From Octopus bimaculoides (Eukaryota), in the NCBI RefSeq assembly GCF_001194135.2, contig NC_068983.1:63305985-63369984 (forward strand): a stretch of 64,000 bases of DNA, in the 5' to 3' direction. How positions within the stretch are numbered: the first letter of the stretch is position 1; the number at the start of each line of letters is the position of its first letter. Shown piece by piece: positions 62,908-64,000 of the stretch. A program made the translations under genes and the position numbers. The notes under the pieces are model-generated. The model did no database searches. It saw only the letters and a program-made list of their open reading frames with translations, and had not been told where the DNA came from.

Positions 62908-62996
62908 CTCAGTCAATATACTTCTAAGGCAGGTATTCCCTCCAATGGAAGGAAAATGTAACTCTTTCATTTGGTAGCATCTCTTGTTCTTTGAAG
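62908..62996 (-). CDS. Candidate internal exon of unidentified host gene (89 bp, phase 1-0)
   Basis: Acceptor TATTTCTGCAACCTGATAG|, donor GAG|GTTAGG. Frame (A)SKNKRCYQMKELHFPSIGGNTCLRSILTE. Phase joins 63372-63464. Confidence 0.4.
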
Positions 62997-63371
62997 CTAT
63001 CAGGTTGCAGAAATAGAATAAATTAAATTGTGATTTTTTTTTCTGTTTGAATACTGTAATCTTTTTATGATTAGTGAAAGATTTTAGTTGATTTAGCTTT
63101 ACACAGTATATTATAAGGATTAATTTTATTAACACGTGATGAACAACAAAAAGATTAAAAGATTAATCACAGCAAGATTTGAACACAAAAATTTAGAAAT
63201 ACGAAACTAGACTGCAAAATATATCTAGTCCAGAACTTGGTGTAGGCATGTTGTCAACTTAAGAAAAAAAAATACAATTGAGAGTAAAGTCTTCTAGATT
63301 TACAAAATTAATGTACCTTTGCAACAGAACAGCATAAACAGATGGGAGATCTAGCTTGTAAAAAATCTTAC

Positions 63372-63464
63372 CTATATGTGGTGGAAGGATGAGATGCAAA
63401 TGTTCATAGTCTGTTGCACCGTCTTTGAGTAAAATGCTAAAATAGCTGTGTAAACTCAGAGGAT
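63372..63464 (-). CDS. Candidate internal exon of unidentified host gene (93 bp, phase 1-1)
   Basis: Very strong acceptor CTTTTCTTTCAG| and donor ATAG|GTAAGA. Frame xPLSLHSYFSILLKDGATDYEHLHLILPPHI. Confidence 0.55.
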
Positions 63465-63739
63465 CTGAAAGAAAAGATACGAAATACAAAATTAAAGAAG
63501 CAAAAATTATCTTGGCAAATAGAGACAAAGGAAGTATAATAAACAATAAAAAAATCATGCATACATAGAATTGGTTTTACTTATGTTTTACATAGACACA
63601 TAAATGTATTATATATGTGTATCATCACCCCACCACAACCATCATCATCATTATTTTAACATCAATTTTTCTATGTGTATATACATATATATAGGTGAGA
63701 AAGTTGGTATGTGAAAGCACGTGGTTGGATGTATAAAAG

Positions 63740-64000
63740 ATAATAAGAGTGAAAAAACTACAGAAGGCTTGTGTTACATGGTTAAAGTATATATTTAAAT
63801 TATGTCAGAAAAATGTTAGAAAAATGTTAGAAAATCTTTTTGGTATATAAACATTGTATTTTGAGAAATAACCGGTTTCGTGTTGTCTTTTCAAATTTCT
63901 CTACTTCATTGTGTTGTGTTCTAACATTTTTCTGACATAATTTAAATATATACTTTAACCATGTAACACAAGACTTCTGTAGTTTTTTCACTCTTATTAT
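63740..64000. repeat. Inverted repeat, at least 82-bp arms (runs off the window), ~97-bp spacer
   Basis: ATAATAAGAGTGAAAAAACTACAG...AAAAATGTTAGAA (63740-63821) pairs with TTCTAACATTTTT...CACTCTTATTAT (63919-64000), one mismatch seen. Confidence 0.95.
63863..63901 (-). ncRNA. Degenerate minimal type I hammerhead-like motif in hairpin spacer
   Basis: Minus strand GAGAAAT-TTGAAAA-GACAACAC-GAA-ACCGGT-T-ATTTCTC: perfect 7-bp stem I, palindromic stem III, and a core box with 2 changes from CUGANGA. Confidence 0.5.

Overview
AT-rich, microsatellite-dense eukaryotic scaffold segment with four N-gaps. Its repeats (tRNA-derived SINEs with a central (CA/TA)n tract, RTE-type LINE remnants with (GAT)n tails, Penelope-like pieces) look like an octopus or other coleoid cephalopod genome; this is inferred from pattern recognition, not a database search. 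Most of the window reads as large introns full of decayed transposons: Tc1, mariner, DD37D, a hAT-type MITE, RTE, R4/Dong, HERO, an L1/Tx1-like LINE, Penelope RT and a Ty3/Gypsy element. About six short candidate exons of an unidentified minus-strand host gene are scattered through it. No prokaryotic genes, rRNA, true tRNA genes or CRISPR arrays were seen. The most interesting signal is at 53981-54763: two divergently oriented, differently circularly permuted copies of a ~353-bp monomer. Each copy carries a type I hammerhead-ribozyme-like motif with a palindromic stem III that covaries between copies, which is retrozyme or Penelope-pLTR architecture. A second degenerate minimal hammerhead sits in the loop of a hairpin at the right window edge, and several long near-perfect hairpins occur elsewhere. 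Many element boundaries are approximate (about +/-30 bp).
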